In this document: piece after piece, positions 1 to 9,160 of the stretch | Position numbering within the stretch: the first letter of the stretch is position 1 | Layout of the letters: every line of letters begins with the position of its first letter | Origin: Phormidium sp. | GTDB lineage: Bacteria > Cyanobacteriota > Cyanobacteriia > Cyanobacteriales > Aerosakkonemataceae | NCBI GenBank assembly: GCA_051013385.1 | Contig: CP143273.1 | Location: 1,056,001-1,120,000 of the forward strand | Length of the DNA: 64,000 nt | Direction of reading: 5' to 3' | Notes under the pieces: model-generated | What the model was told of the DNA's origin: nothing | Seen by the model: the letters and a program-made list of their open reading frames with translations, nothing else | Databases searched by the model: none | Translations under genes and position numbers: made by a program

Positions 1-1909
1 TGCCTACTCTTTGGGTAGATATTCTAATACATTCATGAATTTTATCTATGTTCCATAAAATAATATTTCCTTCATTATCAGATGATGCTAATAGATTGCT
101 TGCATCTGCGATCGCCAAAGAATTAATATACTGATTTTGCCCTTTTATTGGATTAAATTTAGTCTGTGATTTAGCATTGAGTGATTCATTATCAAGTTCA
201 TAAATTCTATTATTAACCCAATTCCAAAAGGCTATTTTATTGTAACGTCCTGCTGCAACTACTAAAGGATTGGGAGAATTTTCGCTAAGAGCAAGAGCAT
301 AGATTGTAAATTGTAAATTTGCTAATCTAGGATTTTTAATTCCAGATTCCAAATTCCATTGGCGAACAAATCCACTGCCATGACTACTAAAAAGATAACG
401 AGAATCTTTAGTAAAAGCTAGGTCAAAAACACGGTCATTCCCATTAAAAATAGATTTTGGTTCTGACTTTGATAATACATTCCATAACTTAATATCACCA
501 TTTTCTAATCCCGATGCAATGATATAATCTTCTCTTGGGCTTTGACTAATTACACGCACTGACTTTTGAGTGTCTGGAGCAATAAAACCTTCATATTTAA
601 GGCGGCGAATATCAAGTTGCCAAGGACTTCTATCTACTTGCCAAAGTCTAATAGTTTGATCGCTGGAACCACTAGCAACTAAACTACCATTACCAATTAA
701 GCGTACAGAATTAACGGGACCTGTATGATAATTTGAGGGATTAAGATACCAAAGTAATAAAAGCAATAAAAGCAATAAAAGTAATCCGACTAGCTGAAGC
801 CAAACTGGAATAATAGGAAGAACTTGTAATTCTAAAATTTGAGTTTGAGGGTGGGGATAAATTTGTGTGCTAGGTTCTTTTGTATCAGGATTTCTTAAAA
901 ATGGTATTACTTCAAAGAATAAACGCTGCTTTAACCCTAACCAAGGTCGCCGCTTTTTGGCTACCAAATACATCGGTTTATATTCTCCTGGATCGATTTT
1001 AATTCCTTGAGGTATTACCAAATCACACTGTTTTTTATCTTTTTCTAATATCTCTATGTCTACCTGTTGAGGCAAATTACTATCGTTGTAAAACTGTAAT
1101 TCGTATGTAGCATTTCCTGATTTTTTAACGGAATTTTTACCGCTTATAGCTGGTATTCTTTGGACTTTAGAAATACAACTAAACTCTACTTTTCCTTGAG
1201 GTAGAACTTCTAAATTTCCTGATTCACGGATAGGGTTGCCACTAATATCAGATTTTGCTTCAACTTTAAATTCATATTCTTGACTAAGAGTTGTTGCATT
1301 TTTCGGTGGTTCACACCAAAAACTTGTTTTTTCAGAGTCACCAGCATCTATATGTAACTTTTGTTCAACACCTTGTGTAAACCAGTCTCGATGTATTCCA
1401 GTAATAGTAAGTTTTACATCGGTTGATTTTTGGCTTAAATTATATAAAATAACCGGAATTTCTATTTCCGACCCAGGATATACTTTTAGTTCTTTGACTG
1501 GCAAATAAAGTCTTAAAGGCTTTCGTGGTTTCTCAATTTTTAAACTAATTTTTTGACTATTAAATAAATCGGGATGTTCTACGGAAAATACTCTTAAAGT
1601 TAGATCGATAGTGGCATCGTATACCTGAATTGGTGGTTTATTAATTATCACATGGAATTCTGTCTGTGCGCCTGGTGGTTTTTTGGCAGAAGCAGCAGGA
1701 TTTAAACTGTACCATTTAACATTGGTGTTAGAATCTGCACCTATTGCTAATAGTTCTAAGGAAAAACTAGCGAATTTATTGCTTCCGTTAATCACAGTAA
1801 CGTCGAATTCGTTCTCAGCATCACCAATTTCTGTAGTAGAATCGATCGCCAAATCCGGTATTAACTTAATTAATCTTTTGGAAACAGTTACTTTAACAAG
1901 GGTTGGCAC
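1..1909 (-). CDS. Membrane-anchored WD40 protein (beta-rich N-terminus, poly-Leu TM helix, WD40 repeats); 3' end outside the window; candidate eCIS crown/anchor
   Basis: Not in the ORF track; translated by hand. GTG at 1909 follows AAGGAG. Reads VPTLVKVTVSK...PVWLQLVGLLLLLLLLLLLWYL...HTGPVNSV..VASGSSDQTIRLW..IASGLENGDIKLWN..LASSDNEGNIILWN and stays open to the window edge. Confidence 0.85.
   Translation of the reverse strand, partial: MPTLVKVTVSKRLIKLIPDLAIDSTTEIGDAENEFDVTVINGSNKFASFSLELLAIGADSNTNVKWYSLNPAASAKKPPGAQTEFHVIINKPPIQVYDATIDLTLRVFSVEHPDLFNSQKISLKIEKPRKPLRLYLPVKELKVYPGSEIEIPVILYNLSQKSTDVKLTITGIHRDWFTQGVEQKLHIDAGDSEKTSFWCEPPKNATTLSQEYEFKVEAKSDISGNPIRESGNLEVLPQGKVEFSCISKVQRIPAISGKNSVKKSGNATYELQFYNDSNLPQQVDIEILEKDKKQCDLVIPQGIKIDPGEYKPMYLVAKKRRPWLGLKQRLFFEVIPFLRNPDTKEPSTQIYPHPQTQILELQVLPIIPVWLQLVGLLLLLLLLLLLWYLNPSNYHTGPVNSVRLIGNGSLVASGSSDQTIRLWQVDRSPWQLDIRRLKYEGFIAPDTQKSVRVISQSPREDYIIASGLENGDIKLWNVLSKSEPKSIFNGNDRVFDLAFTKDSRYLFSSHGSGFVRQWNLESGIKNPRLANLQFTIYALALSENSPNPLVVAAGRYNKIAFWNWVNNRIYELDNESLNAKSQTKFNPIKGQNQYINSLAIADASNLLASSDNEGNIILWNIDKIHECIRISTQRVG
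751..785. repeat. 9-bp tandem repeat (AAAGYAATA, about 4 copies) encoding the 11-Leu TM stretch
   Basis: aaagtaata aaagcaata aaagcaata aaagtaat. Confidence 0.8.
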
Positions 1910-1949
1910 TTATAAAGATCTCCTTTTTTAGGCTTTACAAAAGTATCAG

Positions 1950-3173
1950 CTATTGGAGCAATTGTGCTATTTGCCGTCGTCGCCAAGCAAAATGGAGTAT
2001 ATTAATTCCTAATTCCTGTGCAGTACGAATATCATTTCGATCGAGATAATGCTGTTCATTCAGTCCCCAAGCTGCTGATAAATATCCTGTGGCTAAAATA
2101 ACTCCTTCACCATTCCAAATTTGTACAGAGTCTTGATTAATGATTGGTAGGGCTGCAAATAAAAATGGCTGTATCCTTAACGGATGATTGTCACTTAGTT
2201 CTTGCCAGTACTGTAAATCTATTTCCAATTCATTAAGAATTACTTCTGTAACATCTTTGAGCAAAGATTCATCCTCGCTAACAGCATCGATTAAAACTAA
2301 TCCGCCATTTTTTTGATATTGGCTAATTGCATAAATTTCTTCTTCATTAAGTTCCATTAACTGCCAGTCAGCGAGGTAAATTAAGTCATAATCTGCAATA
2401 TCACCTGATGTTTGTAAACTAACTTGTCCGATTTTTATTTGTCCTTGTAAAGCTGGATAAAGTACGGAAACAGATTGCATTAAATAGGAGAGGTTTTTTG
2501 TAGCGCGATCGCTTATTTCTTGCTTACTTTCATCCCACTCATGATTGTCATTTTCCTTGATTTGAGCCACACGCACAACCGCTTCTGGTCTAGCTTTAGC
2601 TTGCATTCGATAGCGTAAATCTAACTGGTTAACTTCAGGAAATAAGAAATCTGTTGGTTGTTGTAGTTCTACTACTCCAGGTTGAATTTTAATGCGACAT
2701 AACTCGACTTCTTTATCATTAGGTGGGCTTATTTTTTCATCGATCCGAAACCATTCTCTTAATTCCTCAGAAGTTTCTTGACGATCTTGACTATAAGGAT
2801 CTAAATAACTAACAACCAAATATACTGTTAAACTTCCTGTTAAAGGTGTTTCTGTTCTCAGTCGATAGTGTCGGTTAGTTTCTTCATCAACAATAATCGG
2901 ATTACCTTCTAGATCGATCGCAATCCCCGGCTGAATTTCTAACCAACGGCGATCGCGAAATTGGGCTGCTACTTCAGTAGGTGCATCAATTAATTTTACT
3001 CCCAAACCCCAAACAATTCCCGGTTGATTGAGTGATTGATAATGAACATTTTGACGGCGACGAAAGTAGTCATGAGACAACAACCATCGTCTCGCATTCA
3101 TCATTAATCCATCGTAAATCCGCAGACGTTTAAAAGGATTAATAGCTGGTGGTGTAAAAGTTTGATGAGTCAT
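1950..3173 (-). CDS. DUF4159-domain eCIS accessory protein (crown-like)
   Basis: N-terminal RLRIYDGLMMN..W..HDY..GIVWGLGV..IQPGIAIDLEGNPI is typical of CIS fibre/crown shoulder domains. C-terminal YDLIYL..GGLVLIDA..HPL..AQELGINILHFA resembles DUF4159. Confidence 0.75.
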   Translation of the reverse strand: MTHQTFTPPAINPFKRLRIYDGLMMNARRWLLSHDYFRRRQNVHYQSLNQPGIVWGLGVKLIDAPTEVAAQFRDRRWLEIQPGIAIDLEGNPIIVDEETNRHYRLRTETPLTGSLTVYLVVSYLDPYSQDRQETSEELREWFRIDEKISPPNDKEVELCRIKIQPGVVELQQPTDFLFPEVNQLDLRYRMQAKARPEAVVRVAQIKENDNHEWDESKQEISDRATKNLSYLMQSVSVLYPALQGQIKIGQVSLQTSGDIADYDLIYLADWQLMELNEEEIYAISQYQKNGGLVLIDAVSEDESLLKDVTEVILNELEIDLQYWQELSDNHPLRIQPFLFAALPIINQDSVQIWNGEGVILATGYLSAAWGLNEQHYLDRNDIRTAQELGINILHFAWRRRQIAQLLQ

Positions 3174-3208
3174 ATAATTCCCAACTTAAAAGTATTTGTA
3201 ATCGAGCA

Positions 3209-4111
3209 TTAGCAAACTTTTTGCTTACCATCAGGCATAATTGCGCCACATAAATTAGTATTAGTAGTTAGCCTAGCTTTAGTTAAGTTTACTCCTGTCA
3301 AATCAGCATTACTGAGGTTAGCATTACTCAAATCAGCATTAGTTAAATTAGCTTTGTTTAAGTTAGCATCTGTTAATTCTGCACCTCTCAAATTGGCTCG
3401 ATTAAGCTTTGCTTCTCTAAGATTACTTTGGCGTAAATCAGCATTACTGAGATTAGCATTTGTTAAATTGGCTTTACTCAGATTGGCATTTTTTAGATCT
3501 GCAATAAACAGATCGGCTTGCAGTAGGTTAGTATTGCTCAAATTTGCCTCTTGCAATTTGGTACTACTCAATTTTGCATTTTTGAGGTTGGCATTTTCTA
3601 AATTAATTTGACTCAAATTAACATTACTCAAATTAGCACCTACAAGTTCAGCTTTTTCTAAGTTTCTAAAGCCAACAGGTAGATTCACTAATTCCCATAC
3701 AATGCGCCACTTGCTATCAAATTCGGTTTGATTGTTGATGATGCTTTCTCTTAAATCAGTTCCCTGTAAATTACAACCAACTAAGTCAGTACCACTAAGG
3801 TTAGCACCACGCAAATTAGCATTTTTGAAATTGGCATTTTTCACTAAAGCACCACTTAAATCCGCATTACCCAAGTCAGCATTAGTAAGGTTAGCTTTTG
3901 TGAGATTAGCTTCTCTTAAATAAGCATTAGCTAAGTTAGCATTGCTGAGGTTACATTTAGCACAATTCCTAGTTTCTCTCAACTGTTTCACTGTTGCTGA
4001 GTCTTGAGGATTTGGTGTAGCTATTGCATAGTGAATTTTTAGCACAGAGATTCTCACTAAATACAACAACCCTATTGTTACTAAAGTGTTGAGTAATGTT
4101 TTTAATTTCAT
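3209..4111 (-). CDS. Pentapeptide repeat protein with N-terminal hydrophobic/signal segment
   Basis: Long A(N/D)LxN repeat runs; QLRETRNCAKCNL cap; hydrophobic N-terminus. Confidence 0.92.
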   Translation of the reverse strand: MKLKTLLNTLVTIGLLYLVRISVLKIHYAIATPNPQDSATVKQLRETRNCAKCNLSNANLANAYLREANLTKANLTNADLGNADLSGALVKNANFKNANLRGANLSGTDLVGCNLQGTDLRESIINNQTEFDSKWRIVWELVNLPVGFRNLEKAELVGANLSNVNLSQINLENANLKNAKLSSTKLQEANLSNTNLLQADLFIADLKNANLSKANLTNANLSNADLRQSNLREAKLNRANLRGAELTDANLNKANLTNADLSNANLSNADLTGVNLTKARLTTNTNLCGAIMPDGKQKVC

Positions 4112-4234
4112 AGTTCCAGCTATTGATAGTAAAATTTAAATGTTAACTTGATGTCATTTTTGCTTTACCTAATCTTTACTTGATTTACTTTAAAAGCTTT
4201 ATTTTAATTTTTTACTAGTCGAAAGGTTGGTTTT

Positions 4235-4280
4235 TACCTGATCTTAAGTTTAGGTAGTTAACTGAACTTAGGTTTGGGAA
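4235..4280. promoter_or_regulatory. Two tandem 22-bp imperfect palindromes (candidate operator) in a divergent intergenic region
   Basis: TACCT GAT CTTAAG TTT AGGTA (4235-4256) and TAACT GAA CTTAGG TTT GGGAA (4259-4280); the motif recurs at 28614, 28660, 28682 and 30562. Confidence 0.6.
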
Positions 4281-4391
4281 CTTTCAGCTAACATCTGTTA
4301 AGCTGTAAAGCGAGTAGAGCAGGTAATGACCTAAAACTTTTAAACTTCAGCAATGCCCATCCTAACATTAAGTCAAATTTGAGGTAGTTGT

Positions 4392-5950
4392 ATGAAACCT
4401 CTGTTTCAGGGAGTTAGCATTACTACACTTTTTCTCAGTATATGCCTTCCTTCATTAGCTCAAGCAGCAAGCAATTCCCAAAATAGAGTAATTAATAATG
4501 TATTAGTTAAAACTACGTTAGTGTCACAAGCACAGCCAGGAAATTTTGATTCTAAAGATTTTAACTTTTGGGCTAATCAGTGTCGAGTGTTAGAAAATGA
4601 ACAAAATTATACGGAAGCTTTAGCAGCTTGTGAAAAAGCGATCGCACTCCGACCAAAAGTTAAAAATCCCCAACTTTGGGCGAGTCGCAGCAATGTGCTA
4701 TTTCAGCTAAAAAAATATGCTGAAGCGATCGCATCATACGATTTTTTACTTAGTTTTTCCCCTAAAGATTCTTTAGCTTTGACTCGACGCTGTGAAGCTT
4801 TATACCATTTAGGGAAATATGAAGATGCGATCGCCTCCTGCGAACAAGCATTACGAATAGATGGAAACTGGGGAAATGCTTCTCCGGCAGATTCTTGGTA
4901 TAATCGGGGTTTAGTACAAAGAAAATTAAGACAAAATGAAGAAGCTTTAACTTCATTTGAAAGGGTTCTAAATTTAAAATCAGACTATACTTTAGCTTTG
5001 GTAGAAACTTGCGGAACATTAGGAGATTTGCGAAGATTTGAAGAAGCTATTTCCGCTTGTGAAAAAGCTAAAGATTCTCTTCCTGTAGAAGCCTTGACAA
5101 TTAAAGCGATCGTTCAACAAAAAGCAGAGAAATGGGAAGATGCGATCGCCACTTACGAACAAGCTTTAGCTATTAATCCCAATAACCCAATTTCTTGGAC
5201 AAATCAAGGTATTCTCCTAGAAAAATTAGGTCAAAATGAAAAAGCCCTTGACTCTTATAATAGAGCAATTAAAATTAATCCTAAATCTTCATTAGCCCAA
5301 GTCAATCGCTGTGCAGTTTTCAACCGATTAAATAACTATAAAGAAGCCTTAGAAGCTTGCGAGACTGCTGTAGCTGGTGATGGAATCTGGGGTGAAAGAA
5401 ATACTGCTTATGCTTGGAATCAACGTAGCAGTGCGCTGATAGGTTTGAAGCAATATCAAGAAGCACTAGATGCGGCTGAAAGAGCAATTAATATTAATGA
5501 CCAATTTGCCGAAGCTTGGAATAATAAAGGTGTAAGTTTATGGAATTTGGAAAAATACCAAGATGCTCAAGTTGCGATCGCCAAAGCTGTCGAAATTAAT
5601 CCTCAATATAGTCAAGCCTGGTTTAATTACGGTAGGTTACTTAGTAGATTGAAAGAATACGATCGAGCTTTAGATAATTATAATAAAGCATTATTAACAA
5701 ATATTAATTCCACAGAAGATCTTAATTGTGTAAAGGTTCTGATGAAGCATTTAGTTCTTATGATGAAGCAGATAAGTTAAATCCCAATAATTTTCAAGTT
5801 TTGACTGGAAAAGGTTTAGCTTTGGAAAGAATGGGTGAAGACCAAAAAGCACTAGAAGCTTATGATGCTGCTTTGAATATTAATCCTAATTACCAACCTG
5901 CTCAACAATACCGAGATTTATTGCTAGCAAAATTCAAGACTCAAAATTGA
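4392..5950 (+). pseudogene. Exported TPR protein, split by a frameshift near 5730 (ORFs 4392-5780 and 5726-5950)
   Basis: Signal peptide (..PSLAQA) then many TPR units. The TPR pattern stops in the first frame at ~NINSTEDLNC and resumes in another frame (DEAFSSYDEADKLNP..TGKGLALERMG..ALEAYDAALNINP). Confidence 0.7.
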
Positions 5951-6016
5951 TGGCTGCTCATTTGTCATTTTTATATTGAGTTTTCCTGTATACCTATTAC
6001 CAACTACCCATTACCA

Positions 6017-6391
6017 ATGACTACAGAATTTAAATTTATCTTACCTAAAGGTTTAGTAGATACGGAGGGAAAAATACATCGTCAGGGAGTGATGCGTTTA
6101 GCCACTGCTAAAGATGAAATTTCTCTCCAACAAGACCGCTACGTTCGGGAAAATCCCGGCTATGGATTTTTAGTAATGCTTTCACGAGTTATTACTAATT
6201 TGGGCGAATTAAGTTCAATTACTCCCAATTTACTAGAAAATCTTTTTACCTTAGATTTAGCTTATTTGCGGGAATTTTATAATCGAGTTAATCAGCAAGA
6301 AAGCGCTTCTATTTTAGTAAAATGTCCAAGATGTGATAGTAATTTTAATGTAGAGTTAGAATTAGCGGGGGAGTTGCAGGCTACCCCTTAG
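6017..6391 (+). CDS. Phage-type tail assembly chaperone with C-terminal CxxC
   Basis: TEFKFILPKGLVD..G..HRQGVMRLATAKDE..LSRVITNLG..DLAYLREFYNRVN..CPRC; paralogue of 26306-26647. Confidence 0.8.
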   Translation: MTTEFKFILPKGLVDTEGKIHRQGVMRLATAKDEISLQQDRYVRENPGYGFLVMLSRVITNLGELSSITPNLLENLFTLDLAYLREFYNRVNQQESASILVKCPRCDSNFNVELELAGELQATP

Positions 6392-6516
6392 AACAAGTAC
6401 ATGAGGAGGTAGCCTGCATTGCATTTTATTTCCATTGGTCTTTGGAAGATATTTTGAATTTAGGACATAATAATCGCAGGCGTTGGGTGAGAGAAATTGG
6501 TAAGTTGAAAGGCTAA
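6367..6516 (+). CDS. -1 frame extension of the tail assembly chaperone (DUF6760-like)
   Basis: GGVAGYPLEQVHEEVACIAFYFHWSLEDILNLGHNNRRRWVREIGKLKG*. In-frame stop at 6346-6348 and no start codon ahead of the conserved part; overlaps G_GGG_GAG at 6367-6373. Confidence 0.75.
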   Translation, partial: GGVAGYPLEQVHEEVACIAFYFHWSLEDILNLGHNNRRRWVREIGKLKG

Positions 6517-6558
6517 TCATTAGATTATTTTATTGTTAATTTGTGGAGGTAAGAAACT

Positions 6559-6945
6559 ATGCCTATGCAAGTATGTTCGGGTGCAACGCTTAGATGTAGT
6601 TTTGGTTTAGCAACGAGTTTGTTAGTAGTCCCGCCAACTAACCAGGTATACACTCGCACGCCAGATGCTAACATTTTGGATTTCAAACCATTCGTTAATA
6701 TCATGCCTTTTGGTATGTGTATATCTATGCTAAATCCAACAGTTATAGCCGCCACTGCCGCCGCTGGTGGCGTGCCAGTTCCTATGCCTTGTATACCTGT
6801 GATCCCCGCCCCGTGGAAACTTGGTTCACCTAATGTTCTGATTGGCAACAGCCCAGCACTGAACAATATATCTACGCTAAATTGTACCTGGGGGGGTATT
6901 ATTACGGTAATCAATCCAGGTCAAACAACTGTATATATCCCCTGA
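6559..6945 (+). CDS. DUF4280 PAAR-like spike tip protein
   Basis: VCSGATLRCSFG..NIMPFGMC..PCIP..W..G..PALNNISTLNCTWGGII. Confidence 0.9.
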   Translation: MPMQVCSGATLRCSFGLATSLLVVPPTNQVYTRTPDANILDFKPFVNIMPFGMCISMLNPTVIAATAAAGGVPVPMPCIPVIPAPWKLGSPNVLIGNSPALNNISTLNCTWGGIITVINPGQTTVYIP

Positions 6946-7020
6946 AAACGCTGTTGGTAAGTAATGGGACAAAATTAATTACATAATTTTGTCCAAATGT
7001 TTTCCCATATCCCAAAACAG

Positions 7021-7196
7021 CTGATCGCACTCTCCACAACTATTCAAAAAGCGATCGCACTTCTATCCCCATACCCCAAAACAAGCGATCGCCATCATAA
7101 CCCAACCATTGATGGACATCTGCCGATCGCATTTCTCACATTTATCCTCAGAGCGATCGCCTTAGAAGATAGTCAGTGATGGACATAGCCGATCGC
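7021..7196. repeat. HIP1-punctuated repeat tract (left of XisH/I block)
   Basis: (GC)GATCGC-like octamers at 7021, 7051, 7085, 7123, 7153 and 7189. 7041-7158 matches 9003-9120 without gaps, 11 mismatches in 118 bp by hand count. Confidence 0.85.
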
Positions 7197-7262
7197 ATTT
7201 CCCAAACTAAACAAACTTATATAAAATAATCTTAACCACAATTAGGATGAAGAGCATCTAAG

Positions 7263-7679
7263 ATGGCTAAAGATGTTTTCCATCAACAGGTTAAGAATGC
7301 TTTAATTAAAGAGGGATGGAATATAACACATGACCCTCTGACTATTCGCATTAGCGAAGCAGTCAAATTACAGATTGATTTGGCAGCAGAAACTATGCTT
7401 GCAGCAGAACGGGATTCAGAAAAAATAGGTGTAGAAATTAAAAGCTTTGTGGGAGATTCAAATATTAGTGCATTTCATACTGCTTTAGGACAATATCTTA
7501 ACTATTGCCAAGCACTTGAAGAACAAGAACCCGATCGAATTGTTTATTTAGCTGTTCCTGTAGAAACCTATCAGGATTTTTTTCAGCTTCCCTTTATTCA
7601 ACGCTCTCTTAGACGTTACCAAGTCAAGCTGATAATTTACGATCCTAAACAGGAGGAGATAAAACAATGGATAAAATAG
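7263..7679 (+). CDS. xisH: XisH family protein (copy 1)
   Basis: MAKDVFHQQVKNALIKEGWNITHDPL..IDLAAE..VEIKSF..FHTALGQYLNY..LYLAVP-like. Confidence 0.93.
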   Translation: MAKDVFHQQVKNALIKEGWNITHDPLTIRISEAVKLQIDLAAETMLAAERDSEKIGVEIKSFVGDSNISAFHTALGQYLNYCQALEEQEPDRIVYLAVPVETYQDFFQLPFIQRSLRRYQVKLIIYDPKQEEIKQWIK

Positions 7680-8002
7680 AACGCTATCGACAGTTTATTA
7701 AGCAAATTTTAACTGAACACGCCGAAATTGCTAATACAGCTGATGCAGTAAAATCTGAGTTAATATTTGATAGCGAACATGACCATTATCAACTTGCTTA
7801 TGTGGGTTGGCAAGGAGATAAACGAATTTTTGGCCCGGTGATGCACTTTGATATTCAAGACGGTAAAATCTGGATTCAATATAACGGTACGGAAGATTTT
7901 GTTGCAGAAAGATTGGTCGAAATGGGTGTACCCGCTTCTGATATTGTTCTGGGTTTTCATTCCGCTTTTAAACGCCAATTTACTCCTTATGCAGTTGGAT
8001 GA
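7667..8002 (+). CDS. xisI: XisI family protein (copy 1)
   Basis: MDKIERYRQ..FDSEHDHYQL..VGWQG..HFDIQDGKIWIQYNGTE..GVPASDIVLGFH; 13-bp overlap with xisH. Confidence 0.93.
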   Translation: MDKIERYRQFIKQILTEHAEIANTADAVKSELIFDSEHDHYQLAYVGWQGDKRIFGPVMHFDIQDGKIWIQYNGTEDFVAERLVEMGVPASDIVLGFHSAFKRQFTPYAVG

Positions 8003-8006
8003 ATTT

Positions 8007-8169
8007 GCGATCGCACTTTATCTACTTTATAAGATGATCGCATTTATCACACCTATCCCCAAAGAGATCGCACTTCTGTTCCCCTGTCCCAAAATAGGCG
8101 ATGGCACTCTCCACACCTATTCAAAAAGCGATCGCACTTCTGTTCCCCTATACTAAAACAGCCGAGCGC
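8007..8169. repeat. HIP1-punctuated repeat tract (between XisH/I pairs)
   Basis: Octamer variants at 8007, 8034, 8064, 8098, 8128 and 8162; shares tattcaaaaagcgatcgcacttct with the left tract. Confidence 0.8.
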
Positions 8170-8203
8170 ACTAAAATATGAGGTAAATTAGAACCTGTTA
8201 ACA

Positions 8204-8620
8204 ATGGCAGCTAAAGATAAATTTCATGCTGTGGTTAGAATTGCTTTAGAAAAGGAGGAGTGGAAGATAACTGATGACCCTTTGCGACTGGAAGTTGGCG
8301 GAACTAAGTTTGAAATAGATTTAGGTGCGGAGAAATTGTTAGCCGCAGAACGAGGTGAAGAAAAAATTGCAGTTGAGATTAAAACGTTTTTGAGCGATTC
8401 ACCACTAACAGATTACCATACTGCATTAGGACAGTTTTTGAATTATCGGCTTGCCTTAGAAATTAGCGATCCAACTCGTATTCTCTATTTGGCAGTCCCT
8501 ATTGGTATTTATGAATCTTTTTTCAAGCGAGAATTTGCTCAAATTTCAGTAGAAAGATATCAGATTAAACAAATTATTTATGACCCAATTCAAGAGGTAA
8601 TTGTACAATGGATAACCTAG
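8204..8620 (+). CDS. xisH: XisH family protein (copy 2)
   Basis: MAAKDKFHAVVRIALEKEEWKITDDPL..IDLGAE..IAVEIKTF..HTALGQFLNY. Confidence 0.93.
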   Translation: MAAKDKFHAVVRIALEKEEWKITDDPLRLEVGGTKFEIDLGAEKLLAAERGEEKIAVEIKTFLSDSPLTDYHTALGQFLNYRLALEISDPTRILYLAVPIGIYESFFKREFAQISVERYQIKQIIYDPIQEVIVQWIT

Positions 8621-8943
8621 AGTCTTATCGCCCTATCATTGAGTCGTTGTTGACGGCTTATGCTGCTATCCCAATAGCCAATGGTCAGATTGATTGCTAT
8701 ACGGTTTTTGATACAAAACAAGACCATTACATGGTTATGAATGTGGGATGGGATGGTCATCGACGAGTTTATGGTTGTGTTTTACATTTGGATATTAAAG
8801 AGGGAAAAATTTGGATTGAGCAGAATATGACGGAAATGAGAGTGGCTCAAGAACTTGTAGAACGAGGGGTTCCAAAAGATGATATTATTCTAGGATTTCA
8901 AGCTCCTGAGATGCGGGAATATACAGGTTATGGAATTATTTAA
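8608..8943 (+). CDS. xisI: XisI family protein (copy 2)
   Basis: FDTKQDHY..VGWDG..HLDIKEGKIWIEQNMTE..GVPKDDIILGF; 13-bp overlap with xisH. Confidence 0.93.
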   Translation: MDNLESYRPIIESLLTAYAAIPIANGQIDCYTVFDTKQDHYMVMNVGWDGHRRVYGCVLHLDIKEGKIWIEQNMTEMRVAQELVERGVPKDDIILGFQAPEMREYTGYGII

Positions 8944-8951
8944 CCGCAAAA

Positions 8952-9149
8952 TCGATCGCACTCTATCCAATTTAATTAACAAGCGATCGCATTCCCCACA
9001 CTTATTCAAAAAACGATCGCACTTCTATCCCCATACCCCAAAACAAGCGATCGCAATCATAAACGAACCATTGACAGACATCCGCTAATTGCATTTCTCA
9101 CATCTATCCTCAGAGCGATCACACTTCCTCTACTTTATGGGATGATTGC
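8952..9149. repeat. HIP1-punctuated repeat tract (right of XisH/I block)
   Basis: Octamer variants at 8952, 8983, 9013, 9047, 9085, 9115 and 9142; direct repeat of 7041-7158. Confidence 0.85.
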
Positions 9150-9160
9150 GTTTCCCATAT

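Noticed and set aside
3354..3923. Plus-strand ORFs 3354-3611 and 3732-3923
   Set aside because: Antisense shadows of the pentapeptide repeat gene; the same applies to most other short ORFs overlapping larger genes.
6997..7179. 60-aa ORF (and 7848-8156)
   Set aside because: Translation of the HIP1 repeat tracts (AIA/SDR patterns), not a protein-like sequence.
7263..8943. fdxN-type excision element
   Set aside because: No serine or tyrosine recombinase and no interrupted nif/fdx gene in the window.
7021..9149. Periodic repeats as a CRISPR array
   Set aside because: The constant part is only the ~8-bp HIP1 core, the spacers are themselves repeated between tracts, and no cas genes are present.
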